Shown here one piece after another: positions 1 through 64,000 of a stretch of DNA of 64,000 bases (positions are counted from its first letter, which is position 1; every line of letters starts with the position of its first letter). This stretch comes from Squalus acanthias (taxonomy: Eukaryota), in contig CM059443.1 of NCBI GenBank assembly GCA_030390025.1, positions 12,958,001 to 13,022,000 of the forward strand, in the 5' to 3' direction. The notes beneath the pieces were generated by a model, which did no database searches, was not told the DNA's origin, and saw only the letters and a program-made list of their open reading frames with translations. A program made the position numbers and the translations under genes.

Positions 1-260
1 ATTTCGAAGAAGAGCAGGGGAGTTCTCCCTGGTGTCCTGGCCAATATTTATCCCTCAACCAACATCACTTAAAAAAAAAACCCAGATGATCTGGTTATTA
101 GCACATGGCTGTTTGTGGGAGCTTGCTGTGTGAAAATTGGCTGCTGCGTTTCCTACATTACAACAGTGACTACACTTCAAAAGTACTTCATTGGCTGTAA
201 AGCGGTTTGGGACACCCTGAGGTTGTGAAAGGCGCTATATAAATGCAAGGTCTTTCTTTT
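1..260 (+). mobile_element. SacSINE1/DeuSINE-like SINE, 3' half
   Basis: gaagaagagcaggggagttctc...gtgtcctggccaatatttatccctcaacc...aaggcgctatataaatgcaag; recurs many times in the window. Confidence 0.8.
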
Positions 261-446
261 ATTCAATTTTAATGGTGCCCAATTTTTGTTTTAAACTCCT
301 GAATTGTTCAAGATAAAAAAATTTTTGAGTGCTGATGGATTTAGTAGAATTGTGGGGTGGGGGCGCAGAGTGCCAATGACACATTAAATATTAGAGGAGT
401 GTATGTATGTTCTGCTGAACCAAATCTCTCTCCTTTCCTTCCATAG

Positions 447-63535
<63,089 letters not shown>

Positions 63536-64000
63536 GTACAAATTCCTTTATGAATGGTATTTGGTGATTCCTGAGAATTAAACTGCTAAGCCAGGGGTTT
63601 CCAACCCACAACCAGTGAGTGACACCCAGCCCCAAACCCTGGGAATTATAAATATTACTCGCTGGTTTGTCCTGTTTGAATCTCATGGGCCTGGAAGTTT
63701 GGAAGGGCTGGTTTTAGCATTGTTGCCTCATTGGTGGATAAGTCCCAAATCAAAACACTAAGATCTGTTAATATAAGCAACTTGAGATAAATGCAGATTA
63801 ACGGGAACGTGGATTTAAACTTTATATACCGTCGCTGAGGTCCAATAATGACCCATGAAGACATGCCTGTGTTAAATAATTAACTACACACACATAGTTA
63901 GGACAAAGAAAAGGCCATTAGTCCCAATAAACCTTTGATAGCTCAACCCTACCCACCTACCTTCTCGCCATATCCCTCAGTCCCCCCACCATATCCCTCA

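Overview
Vertebrate genomic DNA, almost certainly from a cartilaginous fish, judged from its repeat families. The window lies entirely inside one + strand ABCA-subfamily lipid exporter gene. I traced 35 GT-AG exons (447-63535, 4858 coding nt, about 1620 aa, one continuous reading frame) that match human ABCA1 exons 10-44 in phase and mostly in length. They cover ECD1 (C-terminal part), TMD1, NBD1, the R1/PEST-like linker, ECD2, TMD2 and the start of NBD2. Overall similarity is ABCA1-like, but many diagnostic residues point to the ABCA7 orthologue. The introns are filled with CR1 and L2 LINE 3' fragments, SacSINE1/DeuSINE-like SINEs, an abundant tRNA-headed SINE I could not name, LF-SINE-like elements, Penelope-like remnants, Harbinger- and hAT-type MITEs, three minisatellites and two assembly gaps. 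I found no prokaryote-style system and no second protein-coding gene. The best leads are (i) a 67-bp tandem repeat that appears to have grown out of the 3' part of an LF-SINE-like element, (ii) a tRNA-Lys copy fused to a 5'-truncated CR1, and (iii) the ABCA7 identity with ABCA1-like features retained. Family assignments and human comparisons come from remembered consensus sequences, not database searches, and repeat boundaries are approximate.
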